From Thermoanaerobaculia bacterium (lineage in GTDB: Bacteria; Acidobacteriota; Thermoanaerobaculia; Gp7-AA8): a stretch of 64,000 nucleotides of DNA. The translations under genes and the position numbers were made by a program. Below the pieces are notes generated by a model. It searched no databases. It saw only the letters and a list, made by a program, of their open reading frames with translations, and had not been told where the DNA came from. Shown in pieces: positions 11,434 through 21,206 of the stretch (the first letter of the stretch is position 1; each line of letters opens with the position of its first letter). Where the stretch lies: NCBI GenBank assembly GCA_035569395.1, contig DATMNC010000062.1, forward strand, positions 30,591-94,590. Reading direction: 5' to 3'.

Positions 11434-11571
11434 GGGTTGTCGGTTCTCGGTTATCGGTTGTCGGTGATCAATTGTCGGGCTCGGTGCGACTGACCGGCGT
11501 AAATTGGATGCAATTAATCGATCCGACCGACAACACGCGAAGCGCAATCAACGGACAACCGACAACGCGGC
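11434..11571. repeat. intergenic hairpin element, family A (GGTTGTC/GGTTATC heptamer arms; conserved end CCGACAACGCGGCGAAaCCGC)
   Basis: Left arm gggttgtcggttctcggttatcggttgtcggtgatcaattgtcggg; right arm ccgaccgacaacacgcg...caaccgacaacgcgg is its approximate reverse complement. Confidence 0.75.
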
Positions 11572-11581
11572 GAAACCGCAG

Positions 11582-12631
11582 TCAGTACCCCGCTCCGGCA
11601 CCACCGCCGCCGAAGGATTTGTCGGTGGGGCCGGAAGAGTCGGCGAGGTCGGGGCCGGTGTGCTCGTGCGAGGCGGGAGCGCTGCCGTGCGGGGCGACGC
11701 TGATGATGCCGCCGATCTGCATCGCTTCTTCGTAGCCGCTGCTCTGCACGGGGGTAACGACGAAGCCTCGGGTGGCGTTGCGCAGGGCGCGGCCGAGGGC
11801 GGCGGCGATGGCGGCGACGAGGACGCCGGCGGCGATCAGCTTGGCCTCGGTGGAGTAGTCGAAGAGGTCGCGCAACTCGATGGCCGCGCAGGCGATCGTC
11901 AGGACGGCAGAAACGAGGAGAACGCGGTTGCGCCAAAGTACGCCGCAGGCGAGAAGAACGATCGCGGTCGCGCCGAGGATGGCGATGATCGGGACATTCG
12001 CCTGTCCCGACCGTGAGATTGAGTGGACAAGGCTGGCCAGGTAGCCGGCCACCGGCATCACCAGCACCAGGCCGGCGAAGAGACGCTCGGTCGACGGCCG
12101 CTGCCAGACACGCTGCAGCGCGATCGTCGCGCCGATGGTCACGACGGAGGCGACAGCCATCGCCGAAAGCGGATCGTGCTCCCATTTGAACGCGACATAG
12201 GCGACCACCAGGATCGCCGCGAACACGCCGAAGAATGTGTTGCGCATCCTCCAGCCCGAGAGGGCCGCGGCGGCGGCGAAGACGAGGAGGGCCTCGACTT
12301 TCCCAGTGCTGGACAGACCGAAAATGAAGGCGAAGGTGCCCCAGATCCAGAGGCCCGACTCGATGCCGGTGCGGAAGAAGTGTTCCTTCCGGATCAGTAA
12401 CTCCGAGATGCCGATCGCCGCGGCCGCCGTCAGCAGGCCTTTCGGTAAAGAGAGAAGGGAAAGGAATCCGAACATCGCCGCCGTTGCGATCAAGGCCAGA
12501 ACGGTGAAGACGATGCGCAGCAGCAGCCCGTTGTGCCGCCACGCCGTCTCCGGCTTCGTGCCCGGCAGCAACTTCTGCAAGGCCTCGGCGCGCTCGTCAG
12601 CGACCGACGGTCCCGGAAACCAGTCGTTCAT
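11582..12631 (-). CDS. hypothetical polytopic membrane protein
   Basis: Start taken at MNDWFPGPSV (internal to longer ORF); multiple TM helices; Gly-rich C-terminus; stop/start overlap with upstream membrane gene. Confidence 0.55.
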   Translation of the reverse strand: MNDWFPGPSVADERAEALQKLLPGTKPETAWRHNGLLLRIVFTVLALIATAAMFGFLSLLSLPKGLLTAAAAIGISELLIRKEHFFRTGIESGLWIWGTFAFIFGLSSTGKVEALLVFAAAAALSGWRMRNTFFGVFAAILVVAYVAFKWEHDPLSAMAVASVVTIGATIALQRVWQRPSTERLFAGLVLVMPVAGYLASLVHSISRSGQANVPIIAILGATAIVLLACGVLWRNRVLLVSAVLTIACAAIELRDLFDYSTEAKLIAAGVLVAAIAAALGRALRNATRGFVVTPVQSSGYEEAMQIGGIISVAPHGSAPASHEHTGPDLADSSGPTDKSFGGGGAGAGY

Positions 12632-13542
12632 GCCGCCCTCCGCATCCGCGCGTGTGAAACAAAAAGACCGACGATAGCAGCGACGGTGGAGACGAGGAGA
12701 TAGAGGGCTATGAGAGCTTCGTCGCTGATGGCATGACAGACGACGATGTCGACGGCGATCGTTCCGTAGACCCAGGCATAGATGACGAATGTGGCTTCGC
12801 GTATGCGCCAGCCATGGAGCATCGAGGCGATGGCCAGAGCGATGGCGATGGCGCATCCCAGCAGCCGCGTCTCCTTGTGCACCGCCAGCGTCAGCGCGCC
12901 CCAGAAGGCGAGGTTGGCGGCGGCGTGATCGAAGAGAGAACTGAACGTCGTGTTACTCCGCACGGCCCGATCGACGACGCGCCAGACGATGACGACGGCC
13001 GCACAGACGAAGGCCCGGCCCGCGGTCGCGACCGGCGAGTCGAAGATGGCGTCGAAGGTTCGCCGCTCGATCCCGAGCCACGCGGCGAGCGACGCCACCG
13101 AGAGAGAGAGCACGAGGCGCGATTGGAAGATGTACGCCGTCACGGCATGCAGGAGGGCGAGAAAGAGGAAGTGCCGCGACCAGCTTTCGCCGAGGAGGTG
13201 GTAGTGATACTCGATGTAACCGACGTCGGCGCTGGCGAGGAGCGCGCCCAGAAGGAGGACGTAGTCGTCGACCAGCGCCGCCTGGCGGGCCTTTTTGTAA
13301 AACGACCATACGTAGCAGGCGATGGCGGCGATGCCGATGGCCGCGGCGATGGCCAGCGGGCCGATGTCGTCGAGATGTTTGGAGATGTAGAGCCCGACAC
13401 CCGAAACGATCAGCATCACGCCGGCCCAGGTCAACAGACGCAGCTCGGGATAGATGCTGACGACGTCACGGCGCTCGATGGCGATGAGACGGGCGGCGGC
13501 AGGGTCGCCGCTCGCGGTCAGCTCGGGTTCGAGGGAAAGCAT
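12628..13542 (-). CDS. hypothetical polytopic membrane protein (operonic with 11582-12631)
   Basis: Start taken at MLSLEPELTAS; about 8 predicted TM helices. Confidence 0.55.
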   Translation of the reverse strand: MLSLEPELTASGDPAAARLIAIERRDVVSIYPELRLLTWAGVMLIVSGVGLYISKHLDDIGPLAIAAAIGIAAIACYVWSFYKKARQAALVDDYVLLLGALLASADVGYIEYHYHLLGESWSRHFLFLALLHAVTAYIFQSRLVLSLSVASLAAWLGIERRTFDAIFDSPVATAGRAFVCAAVVIVWRVVDRAVRSNTTFSSLFDHAAANLAFWGALTLAVHKETRLLGCAIAIALAIASMLHGWRIREATFVIYAWVYGTIAVDIVVCHAISDEALIALYLLVSTVAAIVGLFVSHARMRRAA

Positions 13543-13553
13543 AGAGGGATTGT

Positions 13554-13637
13554 AATCCGCAGATGACGCAGATAAAGGCAGATAGAGGCCCGCTCGGATT
13601 CCTATCTGCGTTCTATCTGCGTCATCTGCGGATTGAC
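13554..13637. promoter_or_regulatory. perfect 21-bp inverted repeat AATCCGCAGATGACGCAGATA (43-bp spacer) in a divergent promoter region
   Basis: aatccgcagatgacgcagata...tatctgcgtcatctgcggatt; spacer itself contains ggcagatagag/ctatctgcg. Confidence 0.6.
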
Positions 13638-14499
13638 TTCCGTAGGCTACACTCGGGTTGTGATCCGTCTGCTTCGCCCGGCGCAGTGGCTGAAGAACGG
13701 GTTCGTGCTCGCGCCGTTGATCTTCTCGCGGTCGTTCACGTCGGCGAACGCGGTCCTCCACTCCCTGGCCGCCTTCGCCATCTTCTGCGGCGCGGCCTCG
13801 GCCGCGTACATCATCAACGACCTCTTCGACCGCGAGAGCGACCGCGCGCATCCGGTCAAACGTCTGCGGCCGATTGCGTCAGGCGAGATCTCCGCAAAGG
13901 CAGCAGTAACGATCGTTACGATTGCCATTCCCCTCCTTCTCATCGCCGCGTTCTTCGTCGCGCCGAAATTTCTGCTGGCCGTCGCTCTGTACCTCGTGCT
14001 GACGACGTTCTACTCCATCCGGCTGAAGACGATGCCGATCGTCGACCTCTTCGCCATCGCCTGCGGCTTCGTGCTGCGGGTGTGGGGCGGGGCGGTGGCG
14101 ATCGACGTGGTGCTCTCGGTCTGGATGTTCATCACCACCCTGTCGCTGGCGCTCTACCTCGCCGCGACGAAACGGCGCCAGGAACTCCTGACGACGACCG
14201 CCGCCGGCGGGTTCCGGGCCGTGCTGCAGCACTACTCCGTGGCGCTGATGGATTACTACTCCGGGATCGCCGTGGTGGCCACATTCGTCTTCTACGGTCT
14301 GTACATCGTTACCGTGCGTCCCCAGCTCGCCGCCACCGTGCCGGTGGTGTTGTTCGGCGTCTTCCGCTACCGGTACCTCCTGGAAATCAATCACGAGGAA
14401 TCGCCGACCGACCGGCTCGTGCGCGACCCGCAGATGATCGTCTGCGCGCTTCTGTGGGCGGCGATCGCGGTGCTCGTGCTCTACTTCGAGCCGTCGTGA
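13633..14499 (+). CDS. UbiA-family decaprenyl-phosphate phosphoribosyltransferase-like enzyme (DPPR synthase type)
   Basis: YIINDLFDRESDRAHPVKRLRPIASGEIS contains the N-D-x-x-D-x-x-x-D motif of 5-phosphoribosyl-transferring UbiA enzymes; 8-9 TM helices. Confidence 0.8.
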   Translation: MTSVGYTRVVIRLLRPAQWLKNGFVLAPLIFSRSFTSANAVLHSLAAFAIFCGAASAAYIINDLFDRESDRAHPVKRLRPIASGEISAKAAVTIVTIAIPLLLIAAFFVAPKFLLAVALYLVLTTFYSIRLKTMPIVDLFAIACGFVLRVWGGAVAIDVVLSVWMFITTLSLALYLAATKRRQELLTTTAAGGFRAVLQHYSVALMDYYSGIAVVATFVFYGLYIVTVRPQLAATVPVVLFGVFRYRYLLEINHEESPTDRLVRDPQMIVCALLWAAIAVLVLYFEPS

Positions 14500-16022
14500 T
14501 CTCCCGACCCAGAACCGCGAACGTCGTTTTCGCCGTGATCTTCGCGGCCTTCGCCTTCCTGCACCTCCACCGCATGGCCTCGATCTCGCCGACGTGGGAT
14601 GAGGGGACGGACATCGAGATCATCCACTGCCTGGCGTCGACGCACGATCCATTTGCCTGCCCCGACGACATCTCGCAGACGCGCCTCCCCTTCTACATTC
14701 ACGCCGCCGTCCTGGCGATCACGCCACGGATGGAGGCGCAGTACGCCGTCAGCTTCGTCGCCAGCGCTCTGACGCTGCTCCTGCTGTACGCCTTCGCGCG
14801 GCGTGAGTTCGGCGTGGCCGTGGCGACGATGACGGCCGCACTGTATGTCACCTCGCCCCAGCTCCTGGCGTCGGGACGGATGCTGCTGACGCACGCGAAC
14901 ATGCTCTTCACGCTGTTCACGACGGTCTCGTTTGTCGCGTTTTATTACGTGGTCTCGCGGTCTCGCGGTTTCGAGGTCGCGCGGTCCGCGATTTCCAAAC
15001 CGCGTGACCCCGCCACAACCCCGCTGCTCATCAGCGCCGTCGCGTTCGGATTGGCGACGTCGTGCTCGATCGTAGGCGTCTTCAACGGCCTCTTCATCGC
15101 CGTTTTCTATGCGGTGACGATCGGCCGCGAGCGGCGGATGTTGTGGCGCGACCTCCTCTTTCTGCCGGTGGCCGTGGCCACGTTTTTCGCGACATCGGTC
15201 ATCTACCTGAAGCCGAAGCTGCTCGTGGCGCTGATCCGCGCCTGTACGTTGCCAAAACCCTATCCGTTCTGGAACTACCTCGGGCTCGGATCGCCGTACG
15301 CGCCCTGGTACTTCTCGCTGGTCATCTTCGCGATCAAAATCGGGCCGTGGTGGCTGGCGCTGGCGGCGATCTGCTGGGCAATCTCACGGCGCCCCGCTCC
15401 ACGTACGACGCAGCGTGCCTTTCTCGCCGCAATCCCCATCAGCCTGGCCATCAACTTCGCGCTGAAGGGATTGGTCTTCCATTACGACGCGCCGCATCAC
15501 CAGGTGCAGTTCTATCCGCTGGTCTACCTCGTGATCGCCGCCGTTCTCCTCGGATACGAATTCCGGCGCCGCGTCTCCGCGCCGCTCGTGGCCGTCATCG
15601 CTGTCTGCTTCGCCCTGCAGCTCTACGACGTCGTCCGCTTCTTTCCGAACTATCTCTTCTACGGCTCGCAATACGGCGACCGGTTCATCGGCGAGTTCTA
15701 CGGACCGGCGGTCATGCACGCGCAGGACCGCGGGCCAGTGAATGCCTACATCGACCGGCTGCTGGCGCGCGACCCGAACGTGAAGATCCTGGTCGCCGAC
15801 AACAATGCGCTCGAACGGCCGGAACCGAATTTCGTCCTGTTCACGAAGCGGGATCCTTCGGTTCGCTATCAGTACGCGTTCGTCGATCGGTTGTACGCGG
15901 TGCATCTACAACTGCCGGAGAGGGATGCGTACAACGCGTATCTGGCGGCGAACTACGTGGATGACTACACGTACGACTTTCCGCCGGGGGTTTGGATGTA
16001 TCGGGTTCTGCGGCTCCGGTGA
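14495..16022 (+). CDS. GT-C fold membrane glycosyltransferase (ArnT/PMT, GT39/GT83-like)
   Basis: About 500 aa polytopic protein with N-terminal TM bundle and periplasmic C-terminal domain; GTG start overlapping the UbiA stop. Confidence 0.65.
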
Positions 16023-16172
16023 TCCGGAGAGTCCCATCCTGACGTGGAGCGAAGCGACCGTCAGGATCTCCGGTCAGGCCGCGCAGCCCCTGCCACTGGC
16101 AACTACCCAGCGGTCTAACCGGAGATCCTGACAGTGTCGCTTCGCTCCACGTCAGGATGAGGGTTTGGGGCC

Positions 16173-17126
16173 CTAGACGACATACGCCACCGCGAACCCC
16201 ACCTGAGCAGCCATCATCATCAGGTACATGTGCCGCCATGACGGATGGTTCTCGGTCGCGGTCAGCTCGTCGGGATTGCGGACGATGAGCCAGACGGTGT
16301 AGGCGCCCCAGAGCGACAGGGCGATGCCGAGGATCGTGAGGAACCGGGCGTTGCCGGTGAGGATGTGCGTGGCGGCGCCGAGGGGCATGAGCAGCCACGG
16401 GAAGATGAAGAACGGCGCGATCATCCAGGCGGCGCGCTTCACGCCGAAGGTGATCGGCAGGGTGCGGCAGCCGCCGGCCCGGTCGCCCTCGATGTCGCTG
16501 AAATCTTTCGTCGAGGCCGCGCCGAGGAGGAAGAGCATGAAGACCGAGCCAATGAACCATGGCTCCGCGGTCGTCGCGCTCGCCACCATCGTCCAGCCGG
16601 CCACCTTCAGGAGACAGCCGCGCGGGATGGCGATGGTCAGATTCGCGCCGATCGGATGCGCCTTCGTCCGTCCGAGCGCGGGGACCGAGTAGACGAAGGT
16701 CGAAATGAAGGCGATGAGGTAGATGGCGATGCATTCGTGGAGCGGCAGCGGCGCGAAGAACTTGGCGTGCCACGTGGTGTAGGGATAGACGACGACCAGC
16801 CACGTCGGCACCAGGCCGAGGACGTACATGATCCAGGTGAAGATCCAGGCGCCGCGGATCGACACCTCGCCGGTGACGATCGGCCGCTTCGGCTTGTTGA
16901 TCCGGTCGATCTCGAGGTCGTAGATCTGATTGAGTGAGTTGTTCGCCGCGTTGAGGAACGACGCGCAAAGCGAGCCGAGGACGATCGTCCAGATCACCGA
17001 CGACGTCAGCGCACGCGCCGGATCGGGATTGTGGGCCGATCCCCACGCGCAGACCGCTCCCGAAACGATGCCGAGGAGCGGTGGGAGGAGGGTGAACGGA
17101 CGGGCGAGGGCGATGTAGTGCTTCAA
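16173..17126 (-). CDS. UbiA-family prenyltransferase
   Basis: NNSLNQIYDLEIDRINKPKRPIVTGEVS (N-x-x-x-D-x-x-x-D) plus second Asp-rich motif KDFSDIEGDR; TTG start deduced just downstream of the hairpin element. Confidence 0.7.
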   Translation of the reverse strand: MKHYIALARPFTLLPPLLGIVSGAVCAWGSAHNPDPARALTSSVIWTIVLGSLCASFLNAANNSLNQIYDLEIDRINKPKRPIVTGEVSIRGAWIFTWIMYVLGLVPTWLVVVYPYTTWHAKFFAPLPLHECIAIYLIAFISTFVYSVPALGRTKAHPIGANLTIAIPRGCLLKVAGWTMVASATTAEPWFIGSVFMLFLLGAASTKDFSDIEGDRAGGCRTLPITFGVKRAAWMIAPFFIFPWLLMPLGAATHILTGNARFLTILGIALSLWGAYTVWLIVRNPDELTATENHPSWRHMYLMMMAAQVGFAVAYVV

Positions 17127-17143
17127 GGGGGGGAAGTGTATAT

Positions 17144-17312
17144 GCGGTTGCGCGGTCTCGGGGTTGCGCGGTCTCGGGGTTGCCCGGTCTCGGGGTTGCC
17201 CGGTTGCGCGGGGTTGTCGGTTATCAGTTGTCGGTTGCTGAGTTGCTGGGTTACGTGGTCGGGCCCGGCAGCCCGCCGCGAGACCGCGCAACCCCGCGAC
17301 CGCGAGACCGCA
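17144..17312. repeat. intergenic hairpin element, family B (GCGGTCTCG / GGGGTTGCG sub-repeats), in divergent promoter region
   Basis: Left arm is five or more tandem ggttgcgcggtctcgg units; right arm cgcgagaccgcgcaaccccgcgaccgcgagaccgc is the complement. Confidence 0.75.
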
Positions 17313-17360
17313 CTGGAATTGCTGTTCCCGTTCGGTGTTAGGCTGCTGGATTAACTGCAC

Positions 17361-18194
17361 ATGAACCGTAAGCCAAACTTCGACAACGATGCGGCCGAGG
17401 ACGACGCGAATGTCGGACCGCCACCATCGAGAAGCAGCATGAACGAAAGCAAAATCGCCCTTTTCATCGACTTCGAGAACATCGCCATCGGCGTGACCGA
17501 CGCGAAGTACAAGAAATTCGAAGTGAACCTCCTCCTCGAGCGCCTGCTGGAGAAGGGGAAGATCGTCGTCAAACGCGCCTACTCCGACTGGGACAAGTTC
17601 CCCGACTACAAGCGGGAGCTGCACGAGGCCGCCATCGAGCTGATCGAGATCCCGGGCCGCGTCTACTCGGGGAAGAACTCGGCCGACATCCGCATGGTCG
17701 TCGACGCCATGGACATGGCCTGGTCGAAGGATCACATCAACATCTTCGTGGTGGCCTCGGGGGATTCCGATTTCTCGCCGCTGGTCTCGAAGCTGAAAGA
17801 GAACGACAAACACGTCATCGGCGTCGGGGTGAAGAATTCGTCGAGCGATCTGCTGATCGACAACTGCGACGAGTTCATTTTCTACGAGGACCTCGTGCGC
17901 GGCACGAAGGCGCCGTCGAACGTGACCTTCAAGGACAAGAAGCAGGGCGAGGTCTTCAAGCTCCTGATCGACTCGATCAAGGCCCTGATGCGCGAGAACA
18001 AAGAGATCCTCTGGGGCTCGATGGTCAAGCAGACCATGCAGCGCAAGAAGCCGACCTTCAACGAGGAGTACTACGGCTACAACACGTTTAGCGACCTGCT
18101 CGAGGACGCGCAAAAGAACGAGATCATCAAGATCAAGAAAGACGTGAAGAGCGGGTCGTACGTGATCACCGGCTTCGCGCAGCCGACGCCGTAG
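17361..18194 (+). CDS. NYN-domain (LabA-like) protein with C-terminal OST-HTH/LOTUS domain
   Basis: KIALFIDFENIAIG...VVASGDSDFSPLV is the NYN PIN-like nuclease pattern; C-terminal region fits OST-HTH. Confidence 0.8.
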   Translation: MNRKPNFDNDAAEDDANVGPPPSRSSMNESKIALFIDFENIAIGVTDAKYKKFEVNLLLERLLEKGKIVVKRAYSDWDKFPDYKRELHEAAIELIEIPGRVYSGKNSADIRMVVDAMDMAWSKDHINIFVVASGDSDFSPLVSKLKENDKHVIGVGVKNSSSDLLIDNCDEFIFYEDLVRGTKAPSNVTFKDKKQGEVFKLLIDSIKALMRENKEILWGSMVKQTMQRKKPTFNEEYYGYNTFSDLLEDAQKNEIIKIKKDVKSGSYVITGFAQPTP

Positions 18195-18379
18195 AGATTG
18201 TCACTACTCCTCGCGCTTCCTCGTGGCGTAAATCCATACCACGAAGACCAGCAGCAGAAGACCGAAGAAGAGCGAGTGGGTGGCGGTGCTGACCAGTCTC
18301 ATCGCCGCGCGCAGAGCAAAGCCTCCGAACAACAGGGCCAGCATGGCGAGGATGGCGAGCTTGATGATGGTTGCGGATT

Positions 18380-18988
18380 TCAATCGACCGCGAGGATAGT
18401 CGATTCCGCGTCACTCATTGGATCGCGGCGACGTTGCGGCTTGCCATCCGGCGTGCTCTTCGGCAAGGCCGGGATCGTTTCGTGGACACCCTTGAGCCGG
18501 ATGGCGGCGGCGCGAAGGTACTTGCGCAACCATGGCGCGCGCGCGGCCGCGGCCTCGATGACATGCGAAACCGGCTCAAAAAGGCGAACGCGTATGGCGA
18601 CCTGGTGGTCGACGCAAAGAACGCTCGTCCGGGCGCCGAGGATCAGGCGGGATAGCGCGGCGACCTTGCGCCCGTGCACCCGGTCGCAGAAGACGACGAA
18701 TCGCGCCACGACGCCGGCGTGATACTCGGCCAGTCCGCGCGCAAAGATGAGGTTCTCCAGCGTAGTCATGGCGTGCTCTTCGAGGACGATCGTCGGCGCC
18801 GGCACGATGTCGCGCAGGTGCCCAGCCATGACCCAGGCCTCGGAATGATTCGATCGCGGAGACGTGCGGCCACCCGACAAGATCACGAAGTCGAGATTCT
18901 CACGGGCGATGAGCGGCGCTACCGATCTCACGTACCCGGGCAGGCCGTCGTTGAGATCGTAACCACAGACAATACCGACAGAACGCAT
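18380..18988 (-). CDS. DUF218 (YdcF/ElyC-like) domain protein
   Basis: DFVILSGGRTS...AMTTLENLIFA matches the DUF218 core. Confidence 0.7.
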   Translation of the reverse strand: MRSVGIVCGYDLNDGLPGYVRSVAPLIARENLDFVILSGGRTSPRSNHSEAWVMAGHLRDIVPAPTIVLEEHAMTTLENLIFARGLAEYHAGVVARFVVFCDRVHGRKVAALSRLILGARTSVLCVDHQVAIRVRLFEPVSHVIEAAAARAPWLRKYLRAAAIRLKGVHETIPALPKSTPDGKPQRRRDPMSDAESTILAVD

Positions 18989-19060
18989 CTCGCTAGCCCC
19001 CTGCTGCGCGATTTACGCCAGATGGAGGGTTACGAATGAGGTGCCGGGTTCGTTGAAGGC

Positions 19061-19144
19061 GGGTTTCTGGGTTGCTGGGTTGCAGAGTTGCTAGGGATTG
19101 GAAGAAACCCAGCAACTCAGCAACCCAGCAACCCAGCAACCGCG
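19061..19144. repeat. intergenic hairpin element, family C (GGGTTGCT sub-repeats)
   Basis: gggtttctgggttgctgggttgcagagttgctaggg...gaaacccagcaactcagcaacccagcaacccagcaacc. Confidence 0.75.
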
Positions 19145-20389
19145 TTACGACTGCACTGGACCCACGAGCACGGTCGGAACCATCGACCCCGCCTCGATCG
19201 CGGTGACACCGGTCTCGACGATCATGAGGCCGTTGGCCTGCACCATCGACGTCGATACCCCGGAGCCTTGCGAAATCATCGGCTGCGAGACGAGCTCGCC
19301 ATCCCGCGCCATGACGCGGGCGCGCATGTAGTTGCGGCGGTCGCCGCGCGATTTCAGCGGCGCCAATACACGCGTCTGCACGATCGGCGGCAGGAGGTTC
19401 GTCGTCTGTCCCATCGCTTTCCGGATCGCCGGCGCGATGAAAAGGAGGAACGAGACCAGACACGAAACCGGATTGCCCGGCAGCCCGAAGTAGAGCCGGC
19501 CGCGGATCCGCGAGAGGACCACCGGTTTGCCGGGCTTCATCGCTACCTGCCAGAACCTCGTCTCCGCTCCCAATGTATCGAGCGCCTCTTTGACGAAATC
19601 GTAAGCGCCGACCGAGACACCGCCGGAGGAGATGATGTAGTCGGACTGGAGCCCTGATTCGATCGCCGCGATGGTGGCCTCGGGGGTATCGGGCACGATG
19701 CCGACCATCCTCGGAACCGCCCCCGCTTCACGGATGAGCGCCGCGAGCGAGTAGGAGTTCGAGTTGACGACCTTGCCGTACGCCATCTCGTCGCCGACGT
19801 CGATGATCTCGTCTCCGGTGGAAAGGATGGCCACGCTCGGTCGCCGTCCGACGCGGACGACCGGCTTCTGAACACCGGCCAGCACACCGACCTCGGCAGC
19901 ATGAATCGGAGTCCCATCCGCAAGCACGATGTCGCCGGCGTGCATGTCTTCGCCGCGCCTGCGGATGTTGGTTCCGCGGCTCAAGGACTCGTTGACTGTC
20001 ACGATCTCCGAGCCGGCGTCGGTGATCTCGACGTGCGCGACGGTATCCGCGCCGTCCGGCATCAGCGCGCCGGTCATGATGCGAATCGCCGTCCCCGCCT
20101 CAACCCGTTTCGTCGCCACCGTCCCCGCGGGGAGGTTCTCGACGACACGCAACGACACAGGAGGATTGGCGATGTCGTCCGCCCGTACGGCATAGCCATC
20201 CATCGCCGTGTTGTCGCCGCGCGGCACATCGAAACGCGCACGCACGTCCTCGCGCAGCACGCGCCCGAGAGCGTCGGTGAAGACGACCTGCTCGGTACCG
20301 AGCAGTTGCACCTCCGCCAGCACGCGCTCCTGAGCCTCTTCGACAGGGATCATCCGCTCGCCCGGGCGGGAGGGTTGGAAGGTAGGCAT
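19145..20389 (-). CDS. moeA: molybdopterin molybdenum/tungsten transferase
   Basis: 414 aa with MoeA N-terminal, MoCF-biosynthesis and C-terminal domain pattern. Confidence 0.9.
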   Translation of the reverse strand: MPTFQPSRPGERMIPVEEAQERVLAEVQLLGTEQVVFTDALGRVLREDVRARFDVPRGDNTAMDGYAVRADDIANPPVSLRVVENLPAGTVATKRVEAGTAIRIMTGALMPDGADTVAHVEITDAGSEIVTVNESLSRGTNIRRRGEDMHAGDIVLADGTPIHAAEVGVLAGVQKPVVRVGRRPSVAILSTGDEIIDVGDEMAYGKVVNSNSYSLAALIREAGAVPRMVGIVPDTPEATIAAIESGLQSDYIISSGGVSVGAYDFVKEALDTLGAETRFWQVAMKPGKPVVLSRIRGRLYFGLPGNPVSCLVSFLLFIAPAIRKAMGQTTNLLPPIVQTRVLAPLKSRGDRRNYMRARVMARDGELVSQPMISQGSGVSTSMVQANGLMIVETGVTAIEAGSMVPTVLVGPVQS

Positions 20390-20418
20390 GAGGAGAGTTT
20401 AGCTGGAGTGGGGGTTAC

Positions 20419-20647
20419 ACGCGCGGAGGCGCGCCGGACAATCCAGCCCCGCGCTCGGCGCGGGGTTTGTGTATCGACCGGAATTGCGGCCGCGGAGGCA
20501 GCCGCTACAAAGTCGAACGATCGAGAGGATTCCGACGTATCCGGCGACGGTTTGTCGCGGCCGCCTCCGCGGCCGCAATTCCTGGCTCACGAACGTACCC
20601 CGCGCCGAGCGCGGGGCTGGATTGTCCGGGCGCGCCTCCGCGCGCGT
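20419..20647. repeat. MITE-like nested-palindrome element, copy 1 (outer ~47-bp inverted repeat, inner gaattgcggccgcggaggcagccgc inverted repeat)
   Basis: acgcgcggaggcgcgccggacaatccagccccgcgctcggcgcgggg...ccccgcgccgagcgcggggctggattgtccgggcgcgcctccgcgcgcgt; homologous copy at 42959-43200. Confidence 0.7.
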
Positions 20648-20712
20648 AACCGGCGGTGCTTCGCGGCGCCTTGGAACATTGACGACGCCGCGATAGCGGC
20701 ACAAAGAGGGTA

Positions 20713-20898
20713 GCCAGAGGTGCGAGCGCTTTTTGCGAGCACCTCTGGTCGTTGTGTGCGTTGAAATTGTGCCGCGTCAGCGGCACTGGATGAGTGAGAC
20801 GAATGACGATCGCGACGACTTCCGGTGCCGCTGACGCGGCACGAAATCCATAACGTCCGCTTCCAGGGGTGCTCGCAAAAAGCGCTCGCACCCCTGGC
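20713..20898. repeat. second nested-palindrome element (ccagaggtgcgagcgctttttgcgagcacctctgg hairpins at both ends, inner gccgcgtcagcggcac inverted repeat)
   Basis: Arms 20713-20750 and 20863-20898 are reverse complements and each is itself a hairpin. Confidence 0.65.
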
Positions 20899-20974
20899 TA
20901 TCGTCTTGTTGCCGCTATCGCGGCAAGACTCGCCGCTTCGCGTCGCCATCAATGAGGTGCGGCCGTATTGATGC

Positions 20975-21202
20975 TCAGCCGCCCGCGATGGCCACGACGA
21001 TCTCGACTTCGTCGCCGTTCTTCAGCATGATGCTTTTTTCGCCATGTAACACGAGCTCGCCGTTGACGGCGAAGTTGAACAACTCGTCGCGGTCCTCAGC
21101 AAGATCGAGGCGGGCGATGATGTCGCCGAGGGAGGTTGCGTCCATCGTCATGATGGCACCTCGACCATTCTGTAGCGGCTCAGGCAAGCGGACGGTGACC
21201 AT
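20975..21202 (-). CDS. MoaD/ThiS-family sulfur-carrier protein
   Basis: 75 aa ending ...EIVVAIAGG (C-terminal Gly-Gly); beta-grasp length. Confidence 0.7.
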   Translation of the reverse strand: MVTVRLPEPLQNGRGAIMTMDATSLGDIIARLDLAEDRDELFNFAVNGELVLHGEKSIMLKNGDEVEIVVAIAGG

Positions 21203-21206
21203 CAGC

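Noticed and set aside
11514-16937. Large ORFs 11514-12542(-), 12733-13566(+), 13879-14394(-), 15841-17046(-), 16245-16937(+)
   Set aside because: Arg/Gly/Asp-rich low-complexity translations overlapping well-supported membrane-protein, UbiA and GT-C genes. Judged spurious
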